Shown here in pieces: positions 18,740 through 28,789 of a DNA stretch of 64,000 nucleotides. The stretch's first letter is position 1; each line of letters starts with the position of its first letter. Under the pieces are notes generated by a model that was not told the DNA's origin, did no database searches, and saw nothing but the letters and a program-made list of their open reading frames with translations. This DNA comes from an uncultured Treponema sp. (GTDB taxonomy: Bacteria; Spirochaetota; Spirochaetia; Treponematales; Treponemataceae), in assembly GCA_937915735.1 (NCBI GenBank), contig CALGGS010000055.1:7881-71880 (forward strand). The letters are read 5' to 3'. The position numbers were made by a program, and so were the translations under genes.

Positions 18740-20164
18740 ATGACGGACGCAGAATACAAAAAGTTTTTCAGCAAACATTTTTGGAGAACGAGTTCCTTTA
18801 CTTCCGGCGCGGCGCTTATGCTTGTCGATGCTTTTGGAGTAATGCTTTGTATTGGAATTTCGTTTTTTATTATCAATTTCATAAATCACCATTGGATTAA
18901 CTTTCGTTCGTTCGTAAATTATTGGATTTATCTCCCTCCAATGCTTGCGGTTTTTTATGCGGCAGGTCTTTATCCTGGGCTTGTTCATCCGCCTGCAGAC
19001 GAAGTAAAAAAATTCGCAATCTGTTCCTTTTTCGTTTTTGTCGGAATTGCCCTTTCAATCACTGTGGAAGAAGCTGACGACAAATGGCCTCTTGTAGCCG
19101 CTTTTATTATGGCAACTCCGTTTGCGCTTGTCATTCTCCCAATATTCCGTGAGGCCGCACGAAGGATTTTTTCACGAAGAAAATGGTTCGGAGTTCCGGC
19201 TGTAATTTATGTTTCCGGCAGCTCTGGAGATGTTATTGTCGAACGACTTTTAAAACGGCTGGATTTAGGCTATAAGCCGTGTATGATAATCGACAGCCTT
19301 TCAATGATTCCGGGCGAAAAATACGGAATTCCCGTCTATCCGCCTTCAAACGAAAACTTTGCGCTCATAAAATCCTACGGAGTTAAGGTTGCTATTCTCT
19401 GTGATTACGACCGTGACACCACTTACATAAATTCCTACTACCGTTACACGATTCAGGTTCCAAAAATCAATGACATCTCGACAATCACGACAAATGTGCG
19501 GGATTTCGGCGGTATTTTGGGCTTTTCTTCAACCCACAACTTAACAAAGCGTATAAGCCTTTTTTGGAAAAGGTTCATCGACATTCTTTTGCTTTTACTT
19601 TCATCGCCTGTAACTGTGCCTCTCGTGCTTATCGTTTCTTTGGTCGTAAAGCTCACAAGTCCTGGCCCTGTTTTTTATGGTCACAAAAGAATCGGCAAAA
19701 ACGGAAAGGAATTCAAATGCTGGAAATTCCGCTCAATGGTAATCGATGCCGACAAGCAGCTGGAAAAAATTCTTGCCGAAAGTCCTGAAATGCGTGCGGA
19801 ATGGGAAAAAGACCGAAAATTCACAAATGACCCCCGCGTCACAAAGGTCGGTAAAATCTTACGAAAAACAAGTATCGACGAAATTCCTCAGTTTTTTAAT
19901 GTCCTTACTGGCGAAATGAGCTTTATCGGCCCCCGTCCTGTTACCGAGCCTGAGCTAAAAAAATACGGAAACAAGGCAGATTTCATTCTCTCAGTCAAGC
20001 CTGGCCTTAGCGGAATGTGGCAAATCTCTGGCCGGAGCGATACCGGCTACGAGGAGCGGGTCACCCTGGACTCATACTACATTCAGAACTGGTCAGTATG
20101 GCTGGACATTTGGATTATCATCAAGACAGTGTATGTGGTTCTCCGTGGAAAAGGTGCTTATTAG
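18740..20164 (+). CDS. wbaP: Undecaprenyl-phosphate hexose-1-phosphate transferase (WbaP-like)
   Basis: N-terminal TM helices; KRFIDI, KFRSM, DPRVTKVG..LRKTSIDEIPQ, GPRP and KPGLSGMWQ motifs. Confidence 0.9.
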   Translation: MTDAEYKKFFSKHFWRTSSFTSGAALMLVDAFGVMLCIGISFFIINFINHHWINFRSFVNYWIYLPPMLAVFYAAGLYPGLVHPPADEVKKFAICSFFVFVGIALSITVEEADDKWPLVAAFIMATPFALVILPIFREAARRIFSRRKWFGVPAVIYVSGSSGDVIVERLLKRLDLGYKPCMIIDSLSMIPGEKYGIPVYPPSNENFALIKSYGVKVAILCDYDRDTTYINSYYRYTIQVPKINDISTITTNVRDFGGILGFSSTHNLTKRISLFWKRFIDILLLLLSSPVTVPLVLIVSLVVKLTSPGPVFYGHKRIGKNGKEFKCWKFRSMVIDADKQLEKILAESPEMRAEWEKDRKFTNDPRVTKVGKILRKTSIDEIPQFFNVLTGEMSFIGPRPVTEPELKKYGNKADFILSVKPGLSGMWQISGRSDTGYEERVTLDSYYIQNWSVWLDIWIIIKTVYVVLRGKGAY

Positions 20165-20195
20165 GAATTAGGAATGAGCAATGAGGAATTAGAAA
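20161..20195 (+). repeat. Degenerate heptamer tandem repeat, T(T/G)AGGAA x5
   Basis: TTAGGAA TTAGGAA TGAGCAA TGAGGAA TTAGAAA spans the wbaP stop and the next start. Confidence 0.75.
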
Positions 20196-21919
20196 TTAAG
20201 CGGGGGAAGTCTCCCCCTCGGCTACAATGTCTTCGACATTTTCGCCTACCCCCTCTCCTAGTGGCTTTGCCCCTAAAACCCCATTTTACTTTCTTATCTG
20301 CGTCTATCTGCGTCTATCTGCGTCAATTTTTCCTGCTCTTTCTGTTTTTTCTTATGCTTCCTGCTTTTTCTGAGTGCTATCGCATTAAAGAAGTTACTTA
20401 TTTGCTTGAAAAGACCAGGGAAAATGATTTACGGCGTGTCGTTCCGATTGACGGCGACAAGATTTTTGAAAGCGAGGAAGAACTTAACGAGTATCTTGAA
20501 GATTTAAGGCAGCGGCTTTTAAACACGCGCTCATTTGATGAGGTAAAAATCCTAAGACAGAAATTAGAAGACACTGATTCCACAGACTATGAATCTCTCA
20601 ATCCTCAATCCTCAATCCTCAATCCTACATTACTGTCACTTTCTATCGAATGTTACGACACGAAATCTTTTTTGATTCTGCCTTATCCGAAATATGACTC
20701 AAACAACGGACTTATTTTTAAGGTCAAGGTAAAGGATGTTAATTTTCTTGGCACTATGAACACGCTCAATGCCGGCGCTTTTGTCGGCCTGAAGGAGGAC
20801 CCTGAAAACGGAGGGGAAAATCTTACTTTTGGCGCAGAATTTTCTTACCGCTATCCCTTTTACATTGGCTCGCTTTATGGAAGCTGGAACAACAATTTTG
20901 AGTTTGAATACACTCGCGGGGTGAACGAGCTTGAATTTTGGAGCGGAACAGGCCTTACTTTTGAAAAGCCCTTCAAGCGCCTTTCGTTGATTTTTGACAT
21001 AAGCGAAGAATTCAACCGGGACTTAGAATACGAGGATTTTTCTGACACTCAGTATTTTACGACTGATTTAAATTTCAGCGTTCCCGTTAAAATTTTTGAC
21101 ATCAATAACTGGGGCTATGTTTTTTGGACACCTTTCCTTGACACAAAAGTAAGCTATGACAAGGACGGAATCAGCATAAAAAACGATGATTTGGCAAGTC
21201 CTGTAATTTCTACCGGGCAAAGTATTTCTAGTTCAAGAATCAACTGGTATGGAAATTTTAGGACAGGACTTTCTGCAAAAATCGGTCATTCAGCCGGCTA
21301 TGATTTTAAGCAGGAAGAAGTTGAGACTAAGGTTTTCGGTGAAATGCAGGCCTTTAAGAGCTTTAAATATATCGGCTTTAACACTCGTTTTTCTGCGTTC
21401 GTAACAAAATCAAACCGGAGTGAAATCGGCTCCCTTATTCGTGGCGTTCGCGATGAGCAAAAATACTTAAATGAAAGCGGAAAATGGCTTTGCACGAAAA
21501 AGGCCTTAAAAACGCCATCTGCCCTTGTTTTGAATATCGACCTTCCCATTCACATCATAACGACTCACTGGCTCGACTGGTCTGATTCCTTTTTTGGAGA
21601 GACTTCCTGGTTTAGCAGGAAATTCGCCTGGACTGACAAATTCAATTTTGAGCTCCAGATATCGCCGTTCATTGACATTGCCTTGACTAAAAACGAAATT
21701 ACAGGCAGGCTTTTTTCTCTGAAAGACGGCTGGTACACTGGCGGGCTTGAATTCCTTGTCTTTCCTGAACGCTGGAAAGGCATTGTTATTCGGGGAAGCC
21801 TTGGCCTTGACCTTGGACGGGCCATAATCTCAAAAAAATATCCTGACAAAATAGACCTTACTTGGCGTGAGAATGTCAAAAAATACGAGGTTTATGCCGG
21901 AATCGGCCTTTTATACTGA
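20174..21919 (+). CDS. Probable outer-membrane protein (POTRA-like N-terminus plus beta-barrel) with repeat-derived segments
   Basis: Hydrophobic signal ending PAFS; LRQRLLNTRSFDEV POTRA-like motif; aromatic C-terminus YAGIGLLY. The start codon is uncertain. Confidence 0.7.
   Translation: MSNEELEIKRGKSPPRLQCLRHFRLPPLLVALPLKPHFTFLSASICVYLRQFFLLFLFFLMLPAFSECYRIKEVTYLLEKTRENDLRRVVPIDGDKIFESEEELNEYLEDLRQRLLNTRSFDEVKILRQKLEDTDSTDYESLNPQSSILNPTLLSLSIECYDTKSFLILPYPKYDSNNGLIFKVKVKDVNFLGTMNTLNAGAFVGLKEDPENGGENLTFGAEFSYRYPFYIGSLYGSWNNNFEFEYTRGVNELEFWSGTGLTFEKPFKRLSLIFDISEEFNRDLEYEDFSDTQYFTTDLNFSVPVKIFDINNWGYVFWTPFLDTKVSYDKDGISIKNDDLASPVISTGQSISSSRINWYGNFRTGLSAKIGHSAGYDFKQEEVETKVFGEMQAFKSFKYIGFNTRFSAFVTKSNRSEIGSLIRGVRDEQKYLNESGKWLCTKKALKTPSALVLNIDLPIHIITTHWLDWSDSFFGETSWFSRKFAWTDKFNFELQISPFIDIALTKNEITGRLFSLKDGWYTGGLEFLVFPERWKGIVIRGSLGLDLGRAIISKKYPDKIDLTWRENVKKYEVYAGIGLLY
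20202..20282 (-). repeat. Palindromic repeat element, copy A
   Basis: GGGGGAAGTCTCCCCC hairpin, AATGTC-TTC-GACATT hairpin and TAGTGGC-TTT-GCCCCTA hairpin. Reverse-complement relative of 32588-32665. Confidence 0.85.
20295..20324 (+). repeat. Tandem decamer, TATCTGCGTC x3
   Basis: Three exact copies within the signal-peptide coding region. Confidence 0.9.
20597..20624 (+). repeat. Tandem heptamer, CTCAATC x4
   Basis: Four exact copies inside the CDS, encoding LNPQSSILNP. Confidence 0.9.
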
Positions 21920-22819
21920 AACTTTGTCAAAATAATCGAGAAGAAATCTCTCATCTTCTTCCTTTACGGAAATAAATTTTGCTATCGCGCAAAGCTGAGT
22001 TCTCTCGTAGTTTTCATAAACAGATTCTATTACGCAGGATATGTAAATTTTACGCTCTTTTAAGGGGCCTTCGACAGGAAAATGAAATAAAATCGCATAT
22101 TCATGTCCCGTTGAAAAGCACATATCCTGCTTTTTTGAGGCAAAAATAACGCTTTTTTCGTCGGCATAAATGATTTTAGGAGCATGAACCCTGTTTTCAA
22201 TCGATTCAATGGCGCTAACTTTTGGGGATTCATCAAAAAGGTAGCGGCAAATTCTTATTAAGCGGGATGTTTCTTTTTTTATTTCCTCACAATTATCTTG
22301 ATTTTTTGAGCCTAAAGATTTTTTAACGAATTCTTTTGCGCTGTCAAGGTTTTTATCTGAAAGCTCAGACCACTGCGGCCTTTCAAAAACCTTGATTTTT
22401 TCGTGGGAAGCGCAGTCTATGTTTATTTTTGAGCTGGATTTTGACGAAAAATCGCTTTCCAAAAAGACCGTCGCATAAAAGCCCGTGATTTTCTGCTCAG
22501 ATTTGTCGTCTATTTTGCTTATTTCTGCCGGAATTACAAGAGCTATGCCGGCGGATGTTTTTTTGGCAAGGGATTCAAAAAAAAGAGCAAGCTTATTAAA
22601 ATAAAATTGGACTCGTAATTTTTGATTTTCAAGGCTGTCATATTTTTGAGGATTTTCTTCCAGTGTTTTTAGAATTAAAATACCCTGCTCAAGCAAGTCG
22701 TACTGAGTGCGTTTCAGGGCAATTGGAAATGTCAGTTTTTCACAGGCAACTGTAAGAGAAGCATCTCCGTCTTTAAGATAATCAAGGACTAGTTTTCGCT
22801 CAAGACCTGTCAATCCCAT
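21911..22819 (-). CDS. Hypothetical cytoplasmic protein, possibly degenerate PilZ/PilZN-like
   Basis: Long ORF coupled to the upstream gene; the C-terminus AKFISVKEEDERFL resembles PilZ ends. Confidence 0.55.
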   Translation of the reverse strand: MGLTGLERKLVLDYLKDGDASLTVACEKLTFPIALKRTQYDLLEQGILILKTLEENPQKYDSLENQKLRVQFYFNKLALFFESLAKKTSAGIALVIPAEISKIDDKSEQKITGFYATVFLESDFSSKSSSKINIDCASHEKIKVFERPQWSELSDKNLDSAKEFVKKSLGSKNQDNCEEIKKETSRLIRICRYLFDESPKVSAIESIENRVHAPKIIYADEKSVIFASKKQDMCFSTGHEYAILFHFPVEGPLKERKIYISCVIESVYENYERTQLCAIAKFISVKEEDERFLLDYFDKVSV

Positions 22820-23532
22820 TAGAAAATCTCCCAGTCAGCGATTTGCACCTGATCGATTTTCCAGGAGCCTGAATCTTCAAAGCAAAATACTGAAAGAGTA
22901 AGGGTTGCTTTTTTATTTACGAGCAAAACAGGAACCTCATAGTAAATTCCGTCTAAAAATGGCTGACCAAGCATATAAGTGTCAAAAAAGGCGACTTCTG
23001 GCTTTTTTTCTTCCGTAGCTTCTGCCTGAGTTTTTTCGTATTCGCTTATGCCGAGAGTCTGGTCAAAAATCCGTTTAAAATCTATATAAAAAAGAGCCAG
23101 TGAATAAAGATTCTCTTTTTTAAAAAAACTCTCGGCCGCACCGTCATCATTTTTTGAAAGAGCCTCACAGAAGGAAGTCAAGGTTTTTCTTAGTGACGGG
23201 GAGATTAAGCTTGTGTCAAGGGAGCCGAAATTTTTTAAGTTCGGAAAGAGCTTGGAATCTTCTGCAGGAACGCTGGCCGCAAGAATCAAAGGCGTTAAAT
23301 TTAGCTTTGAGGAAATTCCTTTTACTGACGAAACGCTTGCCGTAAGCCTGTCAGTCTCGATTGCTTCTGTCCAGTTCGTAGTTGAATAAAGCTTTTCTGC
23401 AGTGTAGCGTAGAGTGTCGGTTTCATCAAAATTTTCGCCAATCTGACTTGCATTTGAACAAGAAGCAAATCCAAATGAAAGGAGGAAAGCTGAGAATGTA
23501 AAAAAGAAAAAATGAACTACCGACTTTTTCAT
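22819..23532 (-). CDS. Hypothetical lipoprotein
   Basis: MKKSVV... with lipobox GFAS-C; ATG 23532. Confidence 0.75.
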   Translation of the reverse strand: MKKSVVHFFFFTFSAFLLSFGFASCSNASQIGENFDETDTLRYTAEKLYSTTNWTEAIETDRLTASVSSVKGISSKLNLTPLILAASVPAEDSKLFPNLKNFGSLDTSLISPSLRKTLTSFCEALSKNDDGAAESFFKKENLYSLALFYIDFKRIFDQTLGISEYEKTQAEATEEKKPEVAFFDTYMLGQPFLDGIYYEVPVLLVNKKATLTLSVFCFEDSGSWKIDQVQIADWEIF

Positions 23533-23587
23533 AATAATAAGAAAATTATAACAAAATACGGTTAAAATTGAAAGTGAAATATAAAAA

Positions 23588-25357
23588 TCAAAGGTCAAGT
23601 TCTTCAGCAGAAATTATTTTTTCGCCGTCATCTTCAATTTTTATTTCAGTTTCCTGCTGTTCTAAAGCTTTACTTGCCTCTTTCATTGCTTTTTTGTCGA
23701 TTTTTGCCTTCGCTGGTAAAACCTTGTCTGCTGCGATAAGGTATCTGACTAATTCAAAGACAGTCCAGGCACCGAAAGTCGCTGAAATTCCCGCGCAGAT
23801 ATTTGATTTCGTCTGTAAGCCCGTAAGCCTGTCATAGTCTCCTCTGCCCTGCGCATAGGCCGTGTTTTCCGCCGTGAACTCGCCTTTAAAATAAAAGGTG
23901 AAAGGAAGTGAGAGAATCAGTGCCGTGTAAGCCGTATACATCCATCTTCGTCTTTTATCGATGTTTGCCTCACGGTCAAAAGGGCGCGCGTTCACGATAA
24001 GCTCTGCGCCGTCAAAGGCCGTGTTCGCCGGAATCTGAAAGAAGGCTATATTGCTTGAATCGCTGTCCTCCTCTGATTTTTTTGGAATGGTAAAAACTCC
24101 GAGAACAGACTTTGAGTTCACTTGAATTTTAGCAGTAGGATTTTCCTGAGTTATTTTTGCCTGATTTAAGCCGTAAGTGTGAAAAACTCCGTCCTGATAT
24201 TTTTTTAATTTGATAGCTGCCAACCCGCTCACCTTTGGAACAAGATTTGCATGCACATAAAAACGATTGTCGTCTGTAAATGAATAGCTGAAGGTCAAAT
24301 CCTCGTATTCAGGAGCCTCAATTTTTACGCGGTGAATACCTGACTCCTTTATGACTTTGTTTTCGAAACTTCCGTCAGTTTTTGTAAGGGAGAAAACGAC
24401 ATCATCTATCGTGATTTTCGCATCTTTTGCTATTTCGTGTGGCTCAATGTCAAATTCAAGCATGACCGGAAGGGCATTTGCGATTTTTGAGTCAAGATTT
24501 CGCGCAATCGAGCTTGCAAGTGGCATTAAATCACTAAGAAGTCCGACCTCCGTCACGGTACCCAAGATTTTTGCCCCGGGGTAAATCCTAAGACTTACCG
24601 TTACGGAGCAATAGTCTCCGTATGTTGAGATTTCGCCTGTTATAAGGCCGTTTATTTTTGCGTTCACGACCTCATTTTCAAAATCCCAGGAAGTAAAGCC
24701 TGCTTCCAATGATTTTTCGCTGGGCTTAAAAAGCGCCGTTGAGTCATTTTTGTAAAGGACGACATTTTCTGTGACGATATTTTCTTCTTCATCACGGTGA
24801 AAGAAAGGAAAGGGCAGCCTGAAAGGAAATCTGCGGTTTTTTTCATCTTCGCTTTGATTTTCGCCATTATCGCCATTGCCTGTTTTTGATTCCGTCTTTC
24901 TTCCGGCTATTTTTTCTTCTCGCTCAATTTTAGGACTTGCCTCTTCAATTGCCTTCTGGACTTCTTCAAGGTTTTCGTCAATTTGAGATTCTATGTCACG
25001 GATTTTTTCCATTTCTTCTTCGATTGCCTTTTTGAGCTTTTTAGGCTTTATCTCTTTAAGTACGAGAGAATCCCTTGTTTTGTATTCCTTTGAAAGCTGT
25101 AAAAAAAGAGAGAGACGAGCCGTCTGCAGCTCATTAAGCTTTCGGTCAAGCTGTTCTTTTTGGGGAAGAGTCCGCACCCCGGAGCTGGAAAACTGCTCGA
25201 TTATGAGCTGAGGAAGTACTTGAGCCGCCTGAGTGTCACTTTGAGAGCGGGATTTTGTCTGCTTAAAAGAAAATTCCATTACCCCAAGTGTCCAGTCAGC
25301 GCTAAAAGCCGAAAAAATGAGAAGAGAGAAAATAAAAGCAAACAGAACTTTTTTCAT
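23588..25357 (-). CDS. Exported/membrane hypothetical protein with PEGA-like segment
   Basis: Signal peptide, coiled coil, GIHRVKIEAPEY motif and two C-terminal hydrophobic helices. Confidence 0.7.
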   Translation of the reverse strand: MKKVLFAFIFSLLIFSAFSADWTLGVMEFSFKQTKSRSQSDTQAAQVLPQLIIEQFSSSGVRTLPQKEQLDRKLNELQTARLSLFLQLSKEYKTRDSLVLKEIKPKKLKKAIEEEMEKIRDIESQIDENLEEVQKAIEEASPKIEREEKIAGRKTESKTGNGDNGENQSEDEKNRRFPFRLPFPFFHRDEEENIVTENVVLYKNDSTALFKPSEKSLEAGFTSWDFENEVVNAKINGLITGEISTYGDYCSVTVSLRIYPGAKILGTVTEVGLLSDLMPLASSIARNLDSKIANALPVMLEFDIEPHEIAKDAKITIDDVVFSLTKTDGSFENKVIKESGIHRVKIEAPEYEDLTFSYSFTDDNRFYVHANLVPKVSGLAAIKLKKYQDGVFHTYGLNQAKITQENPTAKIQVNSKSVLGVFTIPKKSEEDSDSSNIAFFQIPANTAFDGAELIVNARPFDREANIDKRRRWMYTAYTALILSLPFTFYFKGEFTAENTAYAQGRGDYDRLTGLQTKSNICAGISATFGAWTVFELVRYLIAADKVLPAKAKIDKKAMKEASKALEQQETEIKIEDDGEKIISAEELDL

Positions 25358-26491
25358 TAAATGTCATCGTCTTCATCGTCGCCACCTACTGGTAAGCCCT
25401 TCCATTGGGCCTGCAGGAAGCTGTCGATGAACTGGTCGATGTCGCCGTCCATAACTGCCTGAATGTCTCCGACAGAAAATTTCGTGCGATGATCCTTTAC
25501 CATCGTATATGGTTGAAACACATAAGAGCGGATTTGGTTTCCCCAGGAAATGTCTTTTTTTTCGGCACCGAACTTTGCCGTCTCTTTTGCCCGCTCCTCC
25601 TCGTAGTGGGCGTAGAGCTTTGCCCGCAAGAGGTTCATACAAGTCTGCCGGTTCATAATCTGGCTTCGCTCGCTGTCGCACTGAACGACGATTCCCGTCG
25701 GAATGTGGGTGAATCGGACTGCCGAGTCGGTTTTGTTTACATGCTGGCCGCCCTTTCCGCCTGAGCGGTAAGTGTCGACCCGCAAATCCTCTGGTCTGAT
25801 ATCGACTTTAATAGTGTCGTCAAGAATAGGGAAAATGAAGACAGAGCTGAACGATGTGTGCCTTCGCGCGTTTGCGTCAAAAGGGCTGATTCTCACCAGG
25901 CGGTGAACGCCCGCCTCGCCCTTTAAGTGTCCGTAGACATAATCGCCCGTAATCTGGATTGTTGTTGACTTGATTCCGCCCTCGTCTTCCTGCAAATCAA
26001 CTGTCTCAAGTTTGTAGCCGTGCCTCTCAGCCCAGCGGATATACATTCTCGAAAGCATATAAGCCCAGTCACAGGCCTCGGTTCCGCCCGCACCGGCGTG
26101 AATAGTAAGGAAGCAGCCGTTTTTATCGACCTCTCCGGAGAGAAGGTTTAAGATGCTCTGCTCCTCAAATTTTTTCTGGCAACTAGCTAGCTCGCTTCTG
26201 ACATCAGCTTCAACTGAGTCATCCCCGCCCTCGCTTCCAAGCTCATAAAGAGTTTTTATGTCGTTAATCTGTGCCAAAAGCTCCCGCCAAGGCTCTACCC
26301 GCCCTTTTAAAAGCTTTAAGTCGTTCATGACCTTCTGGGCTTTTTCGGCGTCGTTCCAGAAATCTTCTGCGGTGGTGAGTTTTTCGGTTTCGGCTATTTT
26401 TTTATCGATGGCAGGCGCGTCAAAGACGCCCCCAGACATTTTTAATATCTTCTTCGAGCTTGGAAATCGGTTCCTTAAGTTCTTCTAGCAT
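25357..26491 (-). CDS. prfB: Peptide chain release factor 2, translated through a programmed +1 frameshift
   Basis: GGQ and SPF motifs. RBS AGGAG and ATG 26491 give MLEELKEP...VWGRL, then CTT-TGA-C, continuing as DAPAIDKK in the +1 frame. Confidence 0.96.
26419..26433 (-). promoter_or_regulatory. prfB +1 frameshift site with internal Shine-Dalgarno sequence
   Basis: The minus strand reads GGGGG-CGT-CTT-TGA-C. Confidence 0.93.
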
Positions 26492-26510
26492 TTTTTTTAC
26501 TCCTTTGTAC

Positions 26511-28388
26511 TTACAATGCCGCGCTTCCAGTGTTCATGTTCGTAAGGAAAGCCTCGTTATTACGGCTCTTCTTCATTTGGTCAAGGATAAGCTCTGTGAT
26601 TTCGGCATCTTCCATAGGGTTGATGACCTTTCGCAAAACCCAGAGTTTCTGCAAGGTAGCCTCGTCAAGAAGAAGCTCTTCCTTTCGCGTGCCTGATTTT
26701 TTGATATTGATTGCAGGGAAAAGCCTTCGTTCTGCAAGTCGTCTGTCCAAATCGATTTCTGAGTTACCAGTTCCCTTGAATTCCTCGAAGATAACCTCAT
26801 CCATTCGGCTTCCAGTGTCAATGAGTGCCGTAGAGATGATTGTAAGGGAACCGCCCTCTTCGATGTTTCTGGCGGCACCAAAGAATCTTTTTGGCTTATG
26901 AAGGGCGTTTGAGTCAACGCCACCAGAGAGAACCTTTCCAGATGTCGGAACGGTTTGGTTGTAAGCCCGCGCAAGGCGGGTGATTGAATCAAGGAGAATT
27001 ACGACATCCCGCTTGTGCTCTACAAGCCTCTTTGCCTTTTCAAGAACCATCTCGGCCACCTGAACATGGCGGGTAGCCTGCTCATCGAAGGTTGAGGAAA
27101 TTACTTCGCCCTTGATTGCCCGTTCCATGTCGGTAACTTCCTCAGGGCGTTCGTCAATAAGAAGCACGATAAGGTAAACTTCCGGATTGTTTGCGGTGAT
27201 TGCGTTTGCCACCTTCTGCAGAATAGTAGTTTTACCGGCTTTTGGCGGCGCGACGATAAGCAAACGCTGCCCTTTTCCGATTGGCGCGAACAAATCGATG
27301 ATTCGCGTGCTGTATTCTGTTGAGATTGTTTCGAGAGTGAGCTTTTCTTTTGGATAAAGCGGCGTTAAGTTTTCGAAAGGAACTCGTGTCTGGGCGACTC
27401 GCGGCTCATCAAAGTTTACGGTCATAATGCGGAGAAGCGCAAAGAATCTTTCGCCTTCTCGTGGTGAGCGTGTCTGTCCGTAAATCGTGTCGCCTGTTTT
27501 TAAGTTGAAAAGCCTGATTTGGCTTGGTGAAATGTAAATGTCGTCAGGACCTGGAAGATATGAGTTCTGGGGGCTTCGCAAAAATCCGTAGCCGTCAGGT
27601 AAGATTTCGAGGGAGCCTGACGCAAAGATTAAGCCGCCGTTTTCGGTGTGTGATTTTAGGATTACGAAGATTAAGTCCTGCTTTTTCATTGCGGGAAGCT
27701 CTTCTTCCGGGTAGCCGTACTCAATCGCAAGATTACGAAGCTCCGGCATGCTCATTTTTGTAAGGTCATTGATTAAAAGCTTTGGCTTTGCCTCAAATTC
27801 CTCTGGATTTTCGATAATCTGAGCCTGAGCGGTAGCCTCGTCCCTGGCCGCATTTCTGGCTGCGATTCGCTCGCGGTAGCTCTGCCGTCTGTCAAAGCGT
27901 CCGCGATTGTTCTGATTCTGATTATTGTTGTAATTATTTCGATAATTCCGGTATGTGCGGCTCTGGTAGCCCTGTGACTCTTCGTTATTCTGGCCTTCGC
28001 CCTGATTTTCACTTTGATTTTCCTGCTGACTTTCGGAAGCTGAAGGCTCGGAAGCCTGCGCTGCAGGTGCGCTTGATAATGCAGAATTTTCCTGGATTTG
28101 ATTTTGAATATGCTCGCTGGCTGCCTTTTCTTCTGAATAATCCGGGCTGGCGCTCGCATAGCTTTCCGGCTGTTTTTCGGCTTGCTCTGGATTTGCTTCG
28201 TTCTGACCTTCTGCCTTTACTGAGACTCGCCGTCGGCGAACGACCTTGACAGGTTTTTCTTCGGTTGCCTCTGCAGGACTGGCAGGAGTCTGATTTTCTG
28301 GCTGCTGTAAATCCAATTCTAATTGAGGATTTTCTGTTGCTGCGTTTTCTTCTGACTTTGCAGCGGAACGGCGTCTGATTAGTGCCAT
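26511..28388 (-). CDS. rho: Transcription termination factor Rho with ~200-aa low-complexity N-terminal extension
   Basis: [30 protein letters not shown] and SGTRKEELL motifs. Confidence 0.97.
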   Translation of the reverse strand: MALIRRRSAAKSEENAATENPQLELDLQQPENQTPASPAEATEEKPVKVVRRRRVSVKAEGQNEANPEQAEKQPESYASASPDYSEEKAASEHIQNQIQENSALSSAPAAQASEPSASESQQENQSENQGEGQNNEESQGYQSRTYRNYRNNYNNNQNQNNRGRFDRRQSYRERIAARNAARDEATAQAQIIENPEEFEAKPKLLINDLTKMSMPELRNLAIEYGYPEEELPAMKKQDLIFVILKSHTENGGLIFASGSLEILPDGYGFLRSPQNSYLPGPDDIYISPSQIRLFNLKTGDTIYGQTRSPREGERFFALLRIMTVNFDEPRVAQTRVPFENLTPLYPKEKLTLETISTEYSTRIIDLFAPIGKGQRLLIVAPPKAGKTTILQKVANAITANNPEVYLIVLLIDERPEEVTDMERAIKGEVISSTFDEQATRHVQVAEMVLEKAKRLVEHKRDVVILLDSITRLARAYNQTVPTSGKVLSGGVDSNALHKPKRFFGAARNIEEGGSLTIISTALIDTGSRMDEVIFEEFKGTGNSEIDLDRRLAERRLFPAINIKKSGTRKEELLLDEATLQKLWVLRKVINPMEDAEITELILDQMKKSRNNEAFLTNMNTGSAAL

Positions 28389-28557
28389 TTGTGTGTCTCC
28401 ATGAGATTATATATGATAAAAAATAATGACAAAAAATACATTAATTCTCTTAAAACTATTTGTTTTTTGATTTTATAAGGATTTTTTACAAAAAAAAGAA
28501 AATAAAATTCCAAACGATTGTTAATGATATTAAAGCACTGTTAAAAAAAATTGTCAA

Positions 28558-28688
28558 GGGAACCTCTAAAAATTGCAATTTTTAGAGGTAACTCTGAAAG
28601 TGCGATGTTTTAATTTCTGCTATTATCAGAAATTAAAACTCGTCGGGAACTTCGGAAAATCGCCGAAGGCGAGTTTTTCGAAGTTCCC
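28558..28688. mobile_element. 131-bp MITE-like element with three hairpins
   Basis: Imperfect TIRs GGGAACCTCTAAAAA and TTTTTCGAAGTTCCC, flanked by TCAA direct repeats at 28554-28557 and 28689-28692. Confidence 0.75.
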
Positions 28689-28789
28689 TCAATATTTTAT
28701 GAAATTATATTTAAAAGTTGAAATCTGATAAAAGCTGTGTTATAATTTTCAAATCTTATTTTAAGAAATAAAAAAAACTAGGAGAATTT

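Noticed and set aside
18740..20164. Polysaccharide biosynthesis locus around wbaP
   Set aside because: No glycosyltransferase, flippase or polymerase genes are nearby; it is a solitary initiating transferase.
26400..26439. ORF-track start MSGGVF for prfB
   Set aside because: An artefact of the +1 frame; the real start is 26491.
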